Assembly (NCBI GenBank): GCA_963830965.1
Contig: CAWHOL010000021.1
Span: 88,120-152,119, forward strand
From: an uncultured Verrucomicrobiae bacterium
GTDB lineage: Bacteria; Verrucomicrobiota; Verrucomicrobiia; Opitutales; Opitutaceae
DNA length: 64,000 nucleotides
Direction of reading: 5' to 3'
The position numbers and the translations under genes were made by a program. The notes under the pieces are model-generated. The model was not told the origin of the DNA. It ran no database searches and worked only from the letters and a program-made list of their open reading frames with translations. Positions 25,978-36,539 of the stretch are shown in pieces (the first letter of the stretch is position 1; the number at the start of each line of letters is the position of its first letter).

Positions 25978-27794
25978 AGGCGCTTCACCATCGCCGAGGC
26001 GTCGTCGAGGAGCCCGGCCGAGATCAGGGCGTTGTCGAGTATCTGCTCCGCGACGAGCTTGCCCTTTTCCTGGGCGGACGTCCTCAGCTCCGCGAGGTGC
26101 TTGATCACGGCGTGTCGCGGGTTGATCTCGAGATTCACGCGCAGCGGCGCGTTTGCCTCCTCCTTGTTCATGGCCTTCATGAGGCGCCGCATGTGCGGCG
26201 ACATGAACTTGTCGGCATTGAGCGCAAGGGCGGGGGAGTCGACAAGGCGGTCGCTCGCCTTCACCTCCGAGACCCGTTCGCCAAGCGTGTCCTTAAGCCA
26301 GCCGCAGAGCGCCTTGACCTCGTCGTCGGCGAGGGAACCCTCCGCCTTCGGCTGCTCCGAGAGCTTGACGTCGGCATGGTCGGCCGCGGCGAGCTTCTTG
26401 CCGTCGAATTCGCGCACGTTGTTCATCACGTATTCGTCGACGGCCTCGTAGCAGAAGAGGACCTCGAGGCTGCGCGCCTTGAAGCCCTCGAGGTACGGTC
26501 CGGCCTCGATCGACTCCCTGCTCGGGCCCATGAGGTAATAAATCTCCTTCTGGTCGGCGCCCATGCGCGTGACATAGTCCGCCAGCGAGGTCGTCTTGCC
26601 CTTCTCGGTCAGGGAGGATTCGAACCTGAGGAGCTTCGTGACCGCCTCCTTGTTCGCAAAGTCGAGCGCCGCGCCCTCCTTGAGGAACACGCCGAACTCC
26701 TTGTAGAATTCGGCGTAAACGTCGGGCCTGTTCTTCGACTCCTCGTCGAGGAACTTCAGGAACCGCTTCGTGATGACCCGGTTGAGCTTCTCGACGAGCG
26801 TGCGGTCCTGCATCGTCTCCCTCGAGATGTTGAGCGGCAGGTCCTCGCTGTCGACGACGCCCTTGAGGAAGCGAAGCCACTCCGGAAGGAGGTCCTTCGG
26901 CCGTGCATCGATCAGGATCTTCCGGCAGTAGAGCGCGACGGCGGGCTCGAGCCGGGCGAGCCCGAGCTTCTCGGTGTTTGATTCCGGCACGAAGAGCAGC
27001 GCGTTGATCGAGAGCGGCGCGTCGGCGCTGAAGTGCAGGCGCAGGCGGGGCTTCTCGGTGTCGTGGGCCTGGAACTTGTAGAACTCGTCGTACTCCTCCT
27101 CCTTGATCTCGCTCTTGCCGCGAAGCCAGAGGGCCTGGACCGTGTTGATCCGCTTGCCGTTCAGGTTGATCGGGAATGTGACGAAGGCGCTGTAGCGCTC
27201 GATGATCTCCTTCACCCGCCACTCCTGGCTGAACTCGGAGCACTCGTCCTTCAGCTCGACCACGATCTTGCAGCCCCTTCGCTCGCCGGAGCTCTCCTCA
27301 ATGGCGTAGCTCCCCGCCCCGTCGCTCGTCCAAAGGAGCCCTGGCTCGGCCTCGCGCCAGGAATGGGTGTACACCTTGACGGTCTTCGCGACCATGAACG
27401 CCGAATAGAAGCCGACCCCAAACTGGCCGATGAGCCCGGCGGCCTTCTGGTCGCCCTCGCCGAGCGCCTTCAGGAAGGCCTTCGAGCCGGAATGGGCGAT
27501 TGTGCCCAGGTTCTCGACCAGCTCGGCCTGGGTCATTCCGATTCCGAAGTCCTGTATGGTGAAGGTCTTGGCCTTGTCGTCGGTCGTGATGTTGATCTCG
27601 AGCTCGAGCTTGTCGTCGTAGATTCCCTTCTCGGTCAGGCCCAGGTGCCTCTGCTTCTCGAGCGCATCCGAGGCGTTGGAGACCAGCTCGCGAACAAAGA
27701 TCTCCTTTTCCGTGTAAAGCGAATGGATGACGATATCGAGCAGCTGCTTGATTTCGGCCTGGAACTCGAAGGTCTGTGGAGTGGCGGTGGACAT
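25953..27794 (-). CDS. htpG: Molecular chaperone HtpG (Hsp90)
   Basis: Internal ATG of ORF 25953..27935 (MSTATPQTFEFQAEIKQLLDIVIHSLYTEKEIFVRELVSNASDALEK...). It contains the GHKL ATPase motifs (GQFGVGFYSAFMVA). Confidence 0.95.
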   Translation of the reverse strand: MSTATPQTFEFQAEIKQLLDIVIHSLYTEKEIFVRELVSNASDALEKQRHLGLTEKGIYDDKLELEINITTDDKAKTFTIQDFGIGMTQAELVENLGTIAHSGSKAFLKALGEGDQKAAGLIGQFGVGFYSAFMVAKTVKVYTHSWREAEPGLLWTSDGAGSYAIEESSGERRGCKIVVELKDECSEFSQEWRVKEIIERYSAFVTFPINLNGKRINTVQALWLRGKSEIKEEEYDEFYKFQAHDTEKPRLRLHFSADAPLSINALLFVPESNTEKLGLARLEPAVALYCRKILIDARPKDLLPEWLRFLKGVVDSEDLPLNISRETMQDRTLVEKLNRVITKRFLKFLDEESKNRPDVYAEFYKEFGVFLKEGAALDFANKEAVTKLLRFESSLTEKGKTTSLADYVTRMGADQKEIYYLMGPSRESIEAGPYLEGFKARSLEVLFCYEAVDEYVMNNVREFDGKKLAAADHADVKLSEQPKAEGSLADDEVKALCGWLKDTLGERVSEVKASDRLVDSPALALNADKFMSPHMRRLMKAMNKEEANAPLRVNLEINPRHAVIKHLAELRTSAQEKGKLVAEQILDNALISAGLLDDASAMVKRLYKILESA

Positions 27795-27918
27795 GGTATT
27801 GGAAATAGGGGAGGTGAACTTACCGCTCCCCGGACGAAAATCAATGTCGCAGGGCGGACGGAAAAGGGGGGCGAGGTTGAAGCCGGGGGACAAATGGGCA
27901 TGATTTGGGGCCATCACC

Positions 27919-28425
27919 ATGCCGACCTCCCCCAAATCCCGCCCAATCCATCCCGAAACGAGGATCGGACACGTTCATCTCAAGGTCGCCGACCTCGAGC
28001 GGTCGCTGGGGTTCTATTGCGGCGTCCTCGGCTTCGAGCTCATGCAGCGGTTTGGATCGAGCGCGGCGTTCGTCTCGGCGGGCGGCTACCACCACCACAT
28101 AGGCCTGAACACGTGGGAGAGCCTGGGAGGGTCGCCGCCCCCGGCCGGCTCTACCGGCCTCTACCACGTCGCCATCCTCTATCCGGGGCGCGCCGAGCTG
28201 GCCGACGCGCTGCGCCGCCTCATCGCGGCGAGGCTTTTTCTCGACGGCGCCTCCGACCACGGCGTGAGCGAGGCCCTCTACCTGAGGGACCCGGACCAGA
28301 ATGGCGTGGAGCTCTACCGGGACCGCCCGCGCGACGAGTGGCCCCGGGGGCTAAAGGGGGAGCTGGCGATGCACACCCGCCCGCTGGACCTCGATCTTCT
28401 CCTCTCCGAGGCGCCGAGCCCGTAG
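27919..28425 (+). CDS. VOC-family protein (glyoxalase/bleomycin-resistance/extradiol dioxygenase fold)
   Basis: ORF 27919..28425. It has IGHVHLKVADLERSLGFYCGVLGFEL and a second ...HVAILY... half-site, which is the usual paired beta-alpha-beta-beta-beta module pattern. Confidence 0.8.
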   Translation: MPTSPKSRPIHPETRIGHVHLKVADLERSLGFYCGVLGFELMQRFGSSAAFVSAGGYHHHIGLNTWESLGGSPPPAGSTGLYHVAILYPGRAELADALRRLIAARLFLDGASDHGVSEALYLRDPDQNGVELYRDRPRDEWPRGLKGELAMHTRPLDLDLLLSEAPSP

Positions 28426-28432
28426 CGGGACG

Positions 28433-29140
<708 letters not shown>

Positions 29141-29143
29141 GGG

Positions 29144-29935
29144 TCAGGAGCCGGCAAAGCCCTTTTGGTGGGGCTCCCCGAGGTAGGCCTCGATCACCTT
29201 CGGGTCGTTCTGGATCTCCGCCGGTGTTCCCTCGGCTATCTTGACGCCGTAGTCGAGGACCGCGACGCGGTGGCAGACCCCCATGACCACCTTCATCGAA
29301 TGCTCGACGAGGAGGATGGAGAGCTTGAATTCCCTGTGGATCCGGTCGATCAGGGCCATGAGCTCGACCTTTTCCGAGGGGTTCATGCCCGCGGCGGGCT
29401 CGTCGAGGAGGAGCAGCTTCGGCTCCGTGGCGAGGCAGCGGACGATTTCGAGGCGGCGCTGCTCCCCGTAGGGAAGGCTCGTCGCCGCCTTGTCCTTGAA
29501 CCTCCCGAGGTGGAAAAGCTCAAGGAGGTCGCCGGCCCTTTGCGCGATCGCATTCTCGTCGTCGTGGTAGGCACGACCCCTCACGAGGGTCTGCAGGGGG
29601 CTCGTCCTGCGGTGCAGGTTGCAGGCGACCCGCACATTGTCGAAGACCGACAGGCTCTTGAAAAGTCGGATGTTCTGGAAGGTCCGGGCGATGCCCGCCT
29701 CGGCGATCTCGTTCACGCTGAGGCCTCCCAGGTCCGCGCCGTCCGAGCGAACGACGCCGCTCGTCGGCGGGTAGACGCCGGTCACCAGGTTGAACACCGT
29801 CGTCTTGCCCGCCCCGTTCGGCCCGATGAGGCCGACCAAGTCCCCGGTGTCGACCACCAGGTCCAGGGCGCTCACGGCCGTCAGGCCGCCGAAGCGGATC
29901 GTCACCTTGTCGAGCTGGAGGATGGGCTCGGGCAT
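29144..29935 (-). CDS. livG: Branched-chain amino acid ABC transporter ATP-binding protein LivG
   Basis: ORF 29144..29935. It has GPNGAGKTT, LPYGEQRRLEI and LLLDEPAAGMNP, plus the LivG-type C-terminal extension. Confidence 0.92.
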   Translation of the reverse strand: MPEPILQLDKVTIRFGGLTAVSALDLVVDTGDLVGLIGPNGAGKTTVFNLVTGVYPPTSGVVRSDGADLGGLSVNEIAEAGIARTFQNIRLFKSLSVFDNVRVACNLHRRTSPLQTLVRGRAYHDDENAIAQRAGDLLELFHLGRFKDKAATSLPYGEQRRLEIVRCLATEPKLLLLDEPAAGMNPSEKVELMALIDRIHREFKLSILLVEHSMKVVMGVCHRVAVLDYGVKIAEGTPAEIQNDPKVIEAYLGEPHQKGFAGS

Positions 29936-29941
29936 GGGATC

Positions 29942-30916
29942 CTAACCTCGCGCCCTCCGGAGCCTGCGCACGAGACGGGAGGCGATGGCGGCGTAGTCGA
30001 AGTTGAAGAGCCCCTTCGGTCGAACGAGCATGAGGACAATCAGGAGGAGCGAATAGAGGACCATCCGGTACTGGTCCACCGCCCGGAGGACCTCGGGAAG
30101 GACGGTGAGGAGAATGGCGGCAAGGATCACGCCGGGCGTGTTGCCCATGCCGCCGAGGATGACCATGACGACAATCTCGATGCTCTTCGTGAAGTCGAAC
30201 CCGGTGGGCGTGATCGTCAGCTTGAAATGACCGTAGAGGCCGCCCGCGACGCCGGCAAAGAAGGCCCCGACCACGAAGGCGACGATCTTGTAGCGGGTCG
30301 TGTTGAGCCCGACCGACTCGGAAGCGATCTCGTCGTCGCGGGTCGCCAGGAAGCCCCGGCCGTAGGTGGACCGCACGAGGCACACGACCGTGAAGACCGT
30401 CAGCGCCGCGAACGAATACACCCAGAAGACGGTCGTGTAGTTCGGGATGCCGTTCAGGCCGAGCGCGCCGCCGAGCGACTCCACATTCTGGAAGACGACG
30501 CGGATGATCTCCCCGAATCCCAGGGTGACGAGGGCCAGATAGTCCCCCTTGAGGCGCAGCGAGGGAATTCCCACGGCGAGTCCGGCGAGCGCGGCGCCGA
30601 GGCCCCCGGCGATGAGGGCCCCGAGGAAGACGAGGCCCTGGGCGAGGTCCGAGCCGCCCGAGTCCCCGAGGAGCTTGGGTCCGAGAAGGAGCGTGACGGC
30701 GGCCGAGAGGTAGGCCCCGACCGACATGAAGCCCGCGTGGCCCAGGGAGAATTGCCCCGTGTAGCCGTTCACGAGGTTCAGCGAGACGGCGAGGATCACG
30801 TTGATCCCGACGCCCGTGATGACGTCCAGGTAGTAGGGGTCGATGTGGTCGGAGAAGTGCGAGACCCCGAAGGCGAGGAGAACGGTGGCGATGAGCGCTA
30901 TGAGCGGCTTCGGCAT
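29942..30916 (-). CDS. livM: Branched-chain amino acid ABC transporter permease LivM
   Basis: ORF 29942..30916. It is polytopic, with ...NGYTGQFSLGHAGFMSVGAY... typical of LivM. Confidence 0.9.
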   Translation of the reverse strand: MPKPLIALIATVLLAFGVSHFSDHIDPYYLDVITGVGINVILAVSLNLVNGYTGQFSLGHAGFMSVGAYLSAAVTLLLGPKLLGDSGGSDLAQGLVFLGALIAGGLGAALAGLAVGIPSLRLKGDYLALVTLGFGEIIRVVFQNVESLGGALGLNGIPNYTTVFWVYSFAALTVFTVVCLVRSTYGRGFLATRDDEIASESVGLNTTRYKIVAFVVGAFFAGVAGGLYGHFKLTITPTGFDFTKSIEIVVMVILGGMGNTPGVILAAILLTVLPEVLRAVDQYRMVLYSLLLIVLMLVRPKGLFNFDYAAIASRLVRRLRRARG

Positions 30917-30923
30917 CGCAGTT

Positions 30924-31814
30924 CTATACCTTCTCGGCCGCGAACCTTCCGAGAAGGCCCGCGGGGCGGAAAAGGAGGATCCCGATCAGGATCGCGAAGG
31001 CGATCGCGTCCTTGTAGGTCGACCAGCGCGACCCGTCGACAAAGGTCTCCACCATGCCGAGGATGAGGGCGCCGAGCGCGGCGCCGGGGATGTTGCCTAT
31101 TCCGCCGAGCACGGCGGCGACGAAGGCCTTGAGCCCGGGGACGACGCCCATCAGCGGATCGATGGACGGGTAGTTGAGGGCGTAGAGGACGCCGCCCGCC
31201 GCCGCGAGCATCGAGCCGAGACCGAAGGTGAACGAAATCACGACGTCCACGTTGATGCCGACGAGCTGCGCGGCCTTGGGGTTGAGCGCGACGGCCCTCA
31301 TCGCCGTCCCTATCTTCGTGCGGTAGACGGTGAACTCGAGGGCGACCATGAGCACGGCCGCCACCAGGATCACGATCACCTGGTTCATCGATATGATGAG
31401 GCCGTGCACCTCGACCACCTTCGCCGGGAAGATCGAGGGGAATGCGCGCGGCGTGGCCCCGAACACGAGCTGGCCCGTGTATTCGAGAAAAAGAGACATG
31501 CCGATCGCGGTGATGAGGACGTTGAGCGTCGGGCCGCCGCGGAGCGGGCGGTAGACGATCCGCTCGATAAGGATTCCGAGCACGGCGCACCCGGCCATCG
31601 CCGCCGCGAGGACGACGAGGCCTCCCGTGATCGTGCCGCTAGGCAGGCGCTCCCCCACGTAGAATCCGATGAAGGCGCCCACCATGAAGACGTCCGAGTG
31701 CGCGAAATTGATGAAGCGCAGGACCCCGTAGACCATCGTGTAGCCGAGCGCGATGAGCGCGTAGATCGCGCCCAGCGAGAGACCGTTCAGGAGTTGCTGA
31801 AGGAACTCCGTCAT
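30924..31814 (-). CDS. livH: Branched-chain amino acid ABC transporter permease LivH
   Basis: ORF 30924..31814. It has MTEFLQQLLNGLSLGAIYALIALGYTMVYG...INFAHS, typical of LivH. Confidence 0.9.
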   Translation of the reverse strand: MTEFLQQLLNGLSLGAIYALIALGYTMVYGVLRFINFAHSDVFMVGAFIGFYVGERLPSGTITGGLVVLAAAMAGCAVLGILIERIVYRPLRGGPTLNVLITAIGMSLFLEYTGQLVFGATPRAFPSIFPAKVVEVHGLIISMNQVIVILVAAVLMVALEFTVYRTKIGTAMRAVALNPKAAQLVGINVDVVISFTFGLGSMLAAAGGVLYALNYPSIDPLMGVVPGLKAFVAAVLGGIGNIPGAALGALILGMVETFVDGSRWSTYKDAIAFAILIGILLFRPAGLLGRFAAEKV

Positions 31815-31835
31815 GCCGCCGGGCTTAGCATCGGG

Positions 31836-32967
31836 CTAGGGGGCGACGCTCTCCACGAACTTGAACTTGCCGTCCTTCACCATGATCACGACCGCAGCCT
31901 TGGAGGCGTTCCGGTCCTTGTCCATCGTCGTCGCGCCCGTGACGCCCTGGAAATTCCTGGTCGCCGCAAGGGCGTCCCGGATCGCCGGGCCCTCGGTGGA
32001 TCCGGCCCTGCGTATCGCGTCCGCCATCACCAGGGCCGAATCGTAGCCGAGCGCAGCCATCGCATCGGGAACCTCCCCGTCGTAGCGGGCGCCGAAGCGG
32101 GCGACAAACGCCCTGACGGCGGGGGTGTTCACCTGGGGGGAGTAGTGGGTCGAATAGTAGCAGCCCTCGACGGCGGTTCCGCCGATCTGGATCAGTTCGG
32201 GGGCCTCCCAGCCGTCGCCGCCGAAGAGAGGGACCGACATGTCGAGCTCGCGGGCCTGCCTGCAGATGAGGGCCGCCTCCGTGTAGTAGCCCGGCACAAA
32301 GATGCCCTCGACCCCTGCGGCCTTGATCGCCGTCAGCTGCGCGTTGAAGTCCTTGTCGCCCTCCGTGAACTTCTGCTCGATCACGACCTCGCCGCCGTCG
32401 GAGGTGAACTGCTCCTTGAAGTACTTTGCCAGGCCGACGCTGTAGGCGGAGGAGACCGAGGTAAGGACGGCGACCCGGTGGATCTTCAGCGTGTTCTTGG
32501 CGAACTTCGCCATGACCGTGCCCTGGAAAGGGTCGATGAAGCAGACCCTGAAGATGTAGTTGCCGATCTCGGTCACCTTCGGGTTGGTCGACGACGGGGA
32601 GATCATGGGGGTCTTGTAGGCCTGGCAGATCGGGGCTGCCTCGAGCGAGCGCATCGACGCCACCTCGCCCAGGATCCCGACCACCTTGTCGCGGAAGATC
32701 AGCTTCTTGACGATCGTCGCGGACTCGCCCTGCTTTGATTGGTTGTCCTCGGTGATGAGCTCGATCTTGCGGCCGAGGACGCCTCCTGCCGCGTTTATCT
32801 CCTCGACCGCGAGGAGGGTTCCCTTGTGGGAGGACTGCCCGAAGGCAGCCTCCTTCCCGGTCAGGGAGGCGTACTCGCCGATCTTGATGGTCTCCTGTGC
32901 GGCGGCTGCACCAGGCGAGGGCAACTGCGGCCGCTAGCGCCATTAGGATGCGGAAAGGCTTTGACAT
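31836..32967 (-). CDS. ABC transporter substrate-binding protein (Leu/Ile/Val-binding family). The signal/lipoprotein peptide is in a different frame from the mature domain as assembled.
   Basis: ORF 31836..32924 encodes the mature type-I periplasmic binding-protein (PBP) fold (IKIGEYASLTGKEAAFG...EEINAAGGVLGRKIEL...). The only signal peptide (MSKPFRILMALAAAVALAWCS) is read from ATG 32967 in the frame of ORF 31825..32991. The frames meet around 32900-32910. The span is 3n+1. Confidence 0.85.
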
Positions 32968-33032
32968 GAGAATTTGCGTGGCCGCAGCCAAGGGCAGGAG
33001 GGGGACGGTTTCAACCGAATTGCCATACTTGT

Positions 33033-34181
33033 TTGATAATGGGGCAGGCTCCTGCTTGCGTCGGCGGGTTGAACACGTTCGACCGGCATCTCCTTCGAGA
33101 ATGGCTGACGATCCTAGGCCTCATGCTCGTGCTCGCGTGCGGCCTCCTTCTCGTGCACGTCATGCTCGATGATTTCCGGGACCTGCGCGATGCGGGCGCC
33201 ACGGTGGGCGACCTGGGAATCTACAGCCTCGTGGCGATACCGGGCTTCCTGGCCTTCACGCTGCCGATCGTCCTCCTCCTCTCGACCCTCTATGTCCTCG
33301 GGAAGCTCCACAAGGCGAACGAGCTGACGGCGATGCGCGCCGCAGGCGTCGGCTTCGGCCGCCTGATGGCCCCGATCTGGCTGGCGGGGTTCCTCTTCTG
33401 CGGCCTCTCGTACTGGCTCAATTCCTACGTGGTGCCATGGTCGGTCGAGAAGACGCGCCTCATGAAGGAGGAGTTCCAATTCAGGGCGCAGGCCCAGTCG
33501 CTGCCGGTCGACAGGATCGGGGCCGTCTACAGCGTCGGCTTCGACAACCCCTATCCCCGGCGAATGTGGTTCTTCAACCGGTACAGCAAGTTCACAAAAA
33601 AGGCCTACGGGGCCAATGTCGCCGAGATGGACGTGCGCGGACGCGAGACCAACCGGATCATCGCGACCGAAGCCTGGTATGACGAGGCGCGGAGGGCCTG
33701 GGTCTTCAAGGATGGCCGCGAGATGGGCTTTGATCCCGAGAACGGGATCAACACATCCTCGGTGCCGTTCACAGAGAAGGTCGTCCCGCGGTTCCAGGAG
33801 GACCCGAAGCTCATGATGCTGATCGACCGCAGGCCGATCGACCTTTCCTCCACCGAGCTCAAGGAGCTGGACGACTACCTCGCGAGCGAAAACAATCCAA
33901 AGGGAATCCCCTATGCCGTCCGCTACTACGGGCTCATCGCCGACATCCTCTCGCCGCTGATCGTGATCGGGATCGCGGTCCCGTTCGCCGCCGCGGGGGT
34001 CCGGACCAACCCTGCGGTCGGGGTGTCGAAGGCCATCGGCCTCTTTTTCCTCTACTTCATCCTGCAGAATCTCGCGGCGTCCCTGGCCACCAAGCAGCTC
34101 GTCGATCCGGGTCTCGCGGCGTGGCTTCCCAACATAGGCATGACCGGGCTGGCGATCATCCTCTTTGCGAGGCTCCGGTAG
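33033..34181 (+). CDS. LptF/LptG-family LPS export permease
   Basis: ORF 33033..34181. It has FDRHLLREWL...TAMRAAGV..., a periplasmic beta-jellyroll insert and six TM helices (YjgP/YjgQ family). The start could also be the TTG at 33069. Confidence 0.82.
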   Translation: MIMGQAPACVGGLNTFDRHLLREWLTILGLMLVLACGLLLVHVMLDDFRDLRDAGATVGDLGIYSLVAIPGFLAFTLPIVLLLSTLYVLGKLHKANELTAMRAAGVGFGRLMAPIWLAGFLFCGLSYWLNSYVVPWSVEKTRLMKEEFQFRAQAQSLPVDRIGAVYSVGFDNPYPRRMWFFNRYSKFTKKAYGANVAEMDVRGRETNRIIATEAWYDEARRAWVFKDGREMGFDPENGINTSSVPFTEKVVPRFQEDPKLMMLIDRRPIDLSSTELKELDDYLASENNPKGIPYAVRYYGLIADILSPLIVIGIAVPFAAAGVRTNPAVGVSKAIGLFFLYFILQNLAASLATKQLVDPGLAAWLPNIGMTGLAIILFARLR

Positions 34182-34184
34182 CCG

Positions 34185-34949
34185 CTAGGTCCTCAGGTAG
34201 GAGGCGCCGTTCACATCGATCACGGCCCCGGTCATCGCGGCCGGCGCATCGAGGGCGCAGAAAACGGCCGCTAGCGCGACCTCGCCCGCGTGCGTCACGC
34301 GCCCGAGCGGATGCTGGCTGCGGATCTCGTCGCCCTGCGGGCCCTTCAGGAAAGCCGCGGCCATCTCGGTCTCCACCCAGCCCGGCGCGATGCAGTAAAC
34401 CAGGACCCCGTGAGGGGCGAGGGCCTTTGCGAACGACTGGCTGAGCGCGTTGACGCCGGCCTTGCTGGCCCCGTAGGCCGGGGAATCCGGCTCGCCCCGG
34501 AAGGCTCCCCGGGAGGAGATGTTGACGATCCTCCCGCCGCCCGAGGCGGCCATCGAGCGCGCCGCAAAATAGGAGAGGTTGGCGGGCCCGCACAGGTTGG
34601 CGGCGAGGATCGCCTCCCACGACTTGCGCCAGGCCCTGTAATCGGTCGACAGGGGGTGGTGGTTGCCGTGCACGGCGGCATTGTTGACGACGATGCCGAT
34701 CGGGCCCAGGCGCCGGCTGGCCCGCCTCCACAGGCGCTCGACGCTGTCCGCGTCGGCGATGTCCGCCTGGAACATCGCGTGGCCCTTGCCCGGCAGCGCG
34801 GCAAGGACGGACCGGGCGGCGGACCGGTTCTTCAGATAGTGGACGCCGACCCTGACCCCCCTGGCCGCCAGGTGGAGGGCGATCTGGCGTCCGATTCCTC
34901 GGGAGGCCCCGGTGACAAGGGCCGAAAGGGGTCTCTTTTTCGTGGGCAT
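34185..34949 (-). CDS. SDR-family oxidoreductase
   Basis: Internal ATG of ORF 34185..35219 (MPTKKRPLSALVTGASRGIGRQIA...). It has TGxxxGIG, NNAA and the catalytic YGASK. Confidence 0.88.
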   Translation of the reverse strand: MPTKKRPLSALVTGASRGIGRQIALHLAARGVRVGVHYLKNRSAARSVLAALPGKGHAMFQADIADADSVERLWRRASRRLGPIGIVVNNAAVHGNHHPLSTDYRAWRKSWEAILAANLCGPANLSYFAARSMAASGGGRIVNISSRGAFRGEPDSPAYGASKAGVNALSQSFAKALAPHGVLVYCIAPGWVETEMAAAFLKGPQGDEIRSQHPLGRVTHAGEVALAAVFCALDAPAAMTGAVIDVNGASYLRT

Positions 34950-35140
34950 GGGGTTCTCGGGGTGTGGGGCGGCTCGGGCCCTCTGGGAGCCGATCGGCGC
35001 ATTCCTGCAATCAGCCAACCCGGCCCCCGGGTCAACCGAACTCGGCACATGACGGCTGGACGTCGATGGGGCGGGTCGTAAGACTTCCTGGGCCCGGATT
35101 CGCGCGGCCCGCGCGAACCCCCGGAGGCCGAACCCCCGCC

Positions 35141-36502
35141 ATGAATCCCCCCTCCCGAATATCCCGCCGCGGATTTCTGCGCACGGCAGCCGGCGCAGCC
35201 GCGTTTGCCTCGATTCCAACGGTGATCCCTTCCCGCCTTCTGGGCGCGAACGCGCCGAGCAACCGCCTGCGCCTCGGGCAGATAGGCGCCGGCCGGATCG
35301 CGAGGGTCCACGACATTCCTGCCGTGCTTGCGGCGGATCTCGGCGACTACGTGGCGATCTGCGACCTCGACTCGAGGCGGCTTGCCGAGGGCAGGGCGCT
35401 GATCGAGCAGTCGACGGCCGGAGGCCCCCCGGTGCCGGCCGTCTCGGCCTATGGCGACTACCGGGAGCTCATCGCTAGGAGCGACATCGACGCCGTCGTC
35501 ATCAGCACGCCCGACCACTGGCACGCCGAGCTCGCCATGGCCGCGGTCCTGGCCGGCAAGGACCTCTACCTGCAGAAGCCGATGACGATGACGATCGAGG
35601 AGGGGATCCTGCTGCGCGACGCGGTCCAGGCCCACGGCCGGGTGTTCCAGCTCGGAAGCCAGCAGCGCTCGACCTCGCAGTTCCGCCTCGCCTGCGAGCT
35701 CGTGCGCAGCGGGCGCGTCGGCCGACTCAGGCGGGTCGAGATCGGGCTTCCCCTCGACCCGACCGCGCCCGACCAGCCGGAGGAGAGCGTTCCCCGGAAC
35801 CTCGACTATGACCGCTGGCTTGGTCCGACGCCCCGGGCCTACTACACCGAGCAGCGCGTGCACCCCCAGAAGGGCTACGACCGGCCGGGCTGGATGCGCA
35901 ACGACGCGTTCTGCCTCGGCATGATCACCGGCTGGGGCGCCCACCACTTCGACATCGCGCACTGGGGCATGGACCTCGAGCTGAGCGGCCCCTACCGGGT
36001 CGAGGGCACGGCCGACTTCCCGCGCAACAAGATCTGGAATGTGCACGGCGCCTACCACGTCGAGCTCATGTACCCGGGGGAGATCAGGCTAACGGTGTCC
36101 AACACGTTCGAGAACGGCATCCGGTTCTTCGGCGACGACGGCTGGATCTTCGTGTCGCGCGGGGAGGCGGACGCGACCTCCCAGAGGGTCTCGAAGGCGC
36201 TCGATGCGAGCCGACCGGCGCTCCTTGACGCAAAAGGGCTCACGGTGCGCCTGCCGCGCAGCCGCGAGCACCACCGGAATTTCCTCGAGTGCGTGCGCTC
36301 GCGCGCGGCGACGATGTCGCCGGCCCCGATCGCGCACCGGGCCAACACGGCCTGTGTCGTCAGCTGGATCGCGATGAAGCTCGGTCGGCCCCTCAGGTGG
36401 GACGTGAAGGCCGAGCGTTTCGTGGGAGATCCCGGGGCGGATGCGATGCTCTCGAGACCCGAGCGCGCGCCCTACGGGGTGCACCGTCTCCTCAGGGCCT
36501 AG
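35141..36502 (+). CDS. Gfo/Idh/MocA-family oxidoreductase with a twin-arginine (TAT) signal
   Basis: Internal ATG of ORF 34964..36502 (MNPPSRISRRGFLRTAAGAAAFA...). It has the Rossmann motif LGQIGAGRIA and DAVVISTPDHWH. Confidence 0.88.
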   Translation: MNPPSRISRRGFLRTAAGAAAFASIPTVIPSRLLGANAPSNRLRLGQIGAGRIARVHDIPAVLAADLGDYVAICDLDSRRLAEGRALIEQSTAGGPPVPAVSAYGDYRELIARSDIDAVVISTPDHWHAELAMAAVLAGKDLYLQKPMTMTIEEGILLRDAVQAHGRVFQLGSQQRSTSQFRLACELVRSGRVGRLRRVEIGLPLDPTAPDQPEESVPRNLDYDRWLGPTPRAYYTEQRVHPQKGYDRPGWMRNDAFCLGMITGWGAHHFDIAHWGMDLELSGPYRVEGTADFPRNKIWNVHGAYHVELMYPGEIRLTVSNTFENGIRFFGDDGWIFVSRGEADATSQRVSKALDASRPALLDAKGLTVRLPRSREHHRNFLECVRSRAATMSPAPIAHRANTACVVSWIAMKLGRPLRWDVKAERFVGDPGADAMLSRPERAPYGVHRLLRA

Positions 36503-36539
36503 CAGCCCGCCTCATTGGGCCCGTTTCCCCCTTTCCCCC

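Larger units (their letters stand above)
21296..25984 (+). repeat. Tandem duplication of a ~2.34-kb unit (upstream leader plus YfhO-family gene)
   Basis: GAGAGCGAAGTTGCCGCAC occurs at 21296-21314 and again at 23640-23658. The two downstream ORFs are colinear paralogs with many identical blocks, for example LPLWNPFVGLGRPFMADIETA and ILAGQPPLLYV. Confidence 0.85.

Noticed and set aside
27795-27918. Heat-shock control element (sigma32-type promoter or CIRCE) upstream of htpG
   Set aside because: No TTAGCACTC-N9-GAGTGCTAA is present. The CTTCAA ... CCCCTTTT strings are spaced far too closely to be a sigma32 -35/-10 pair.
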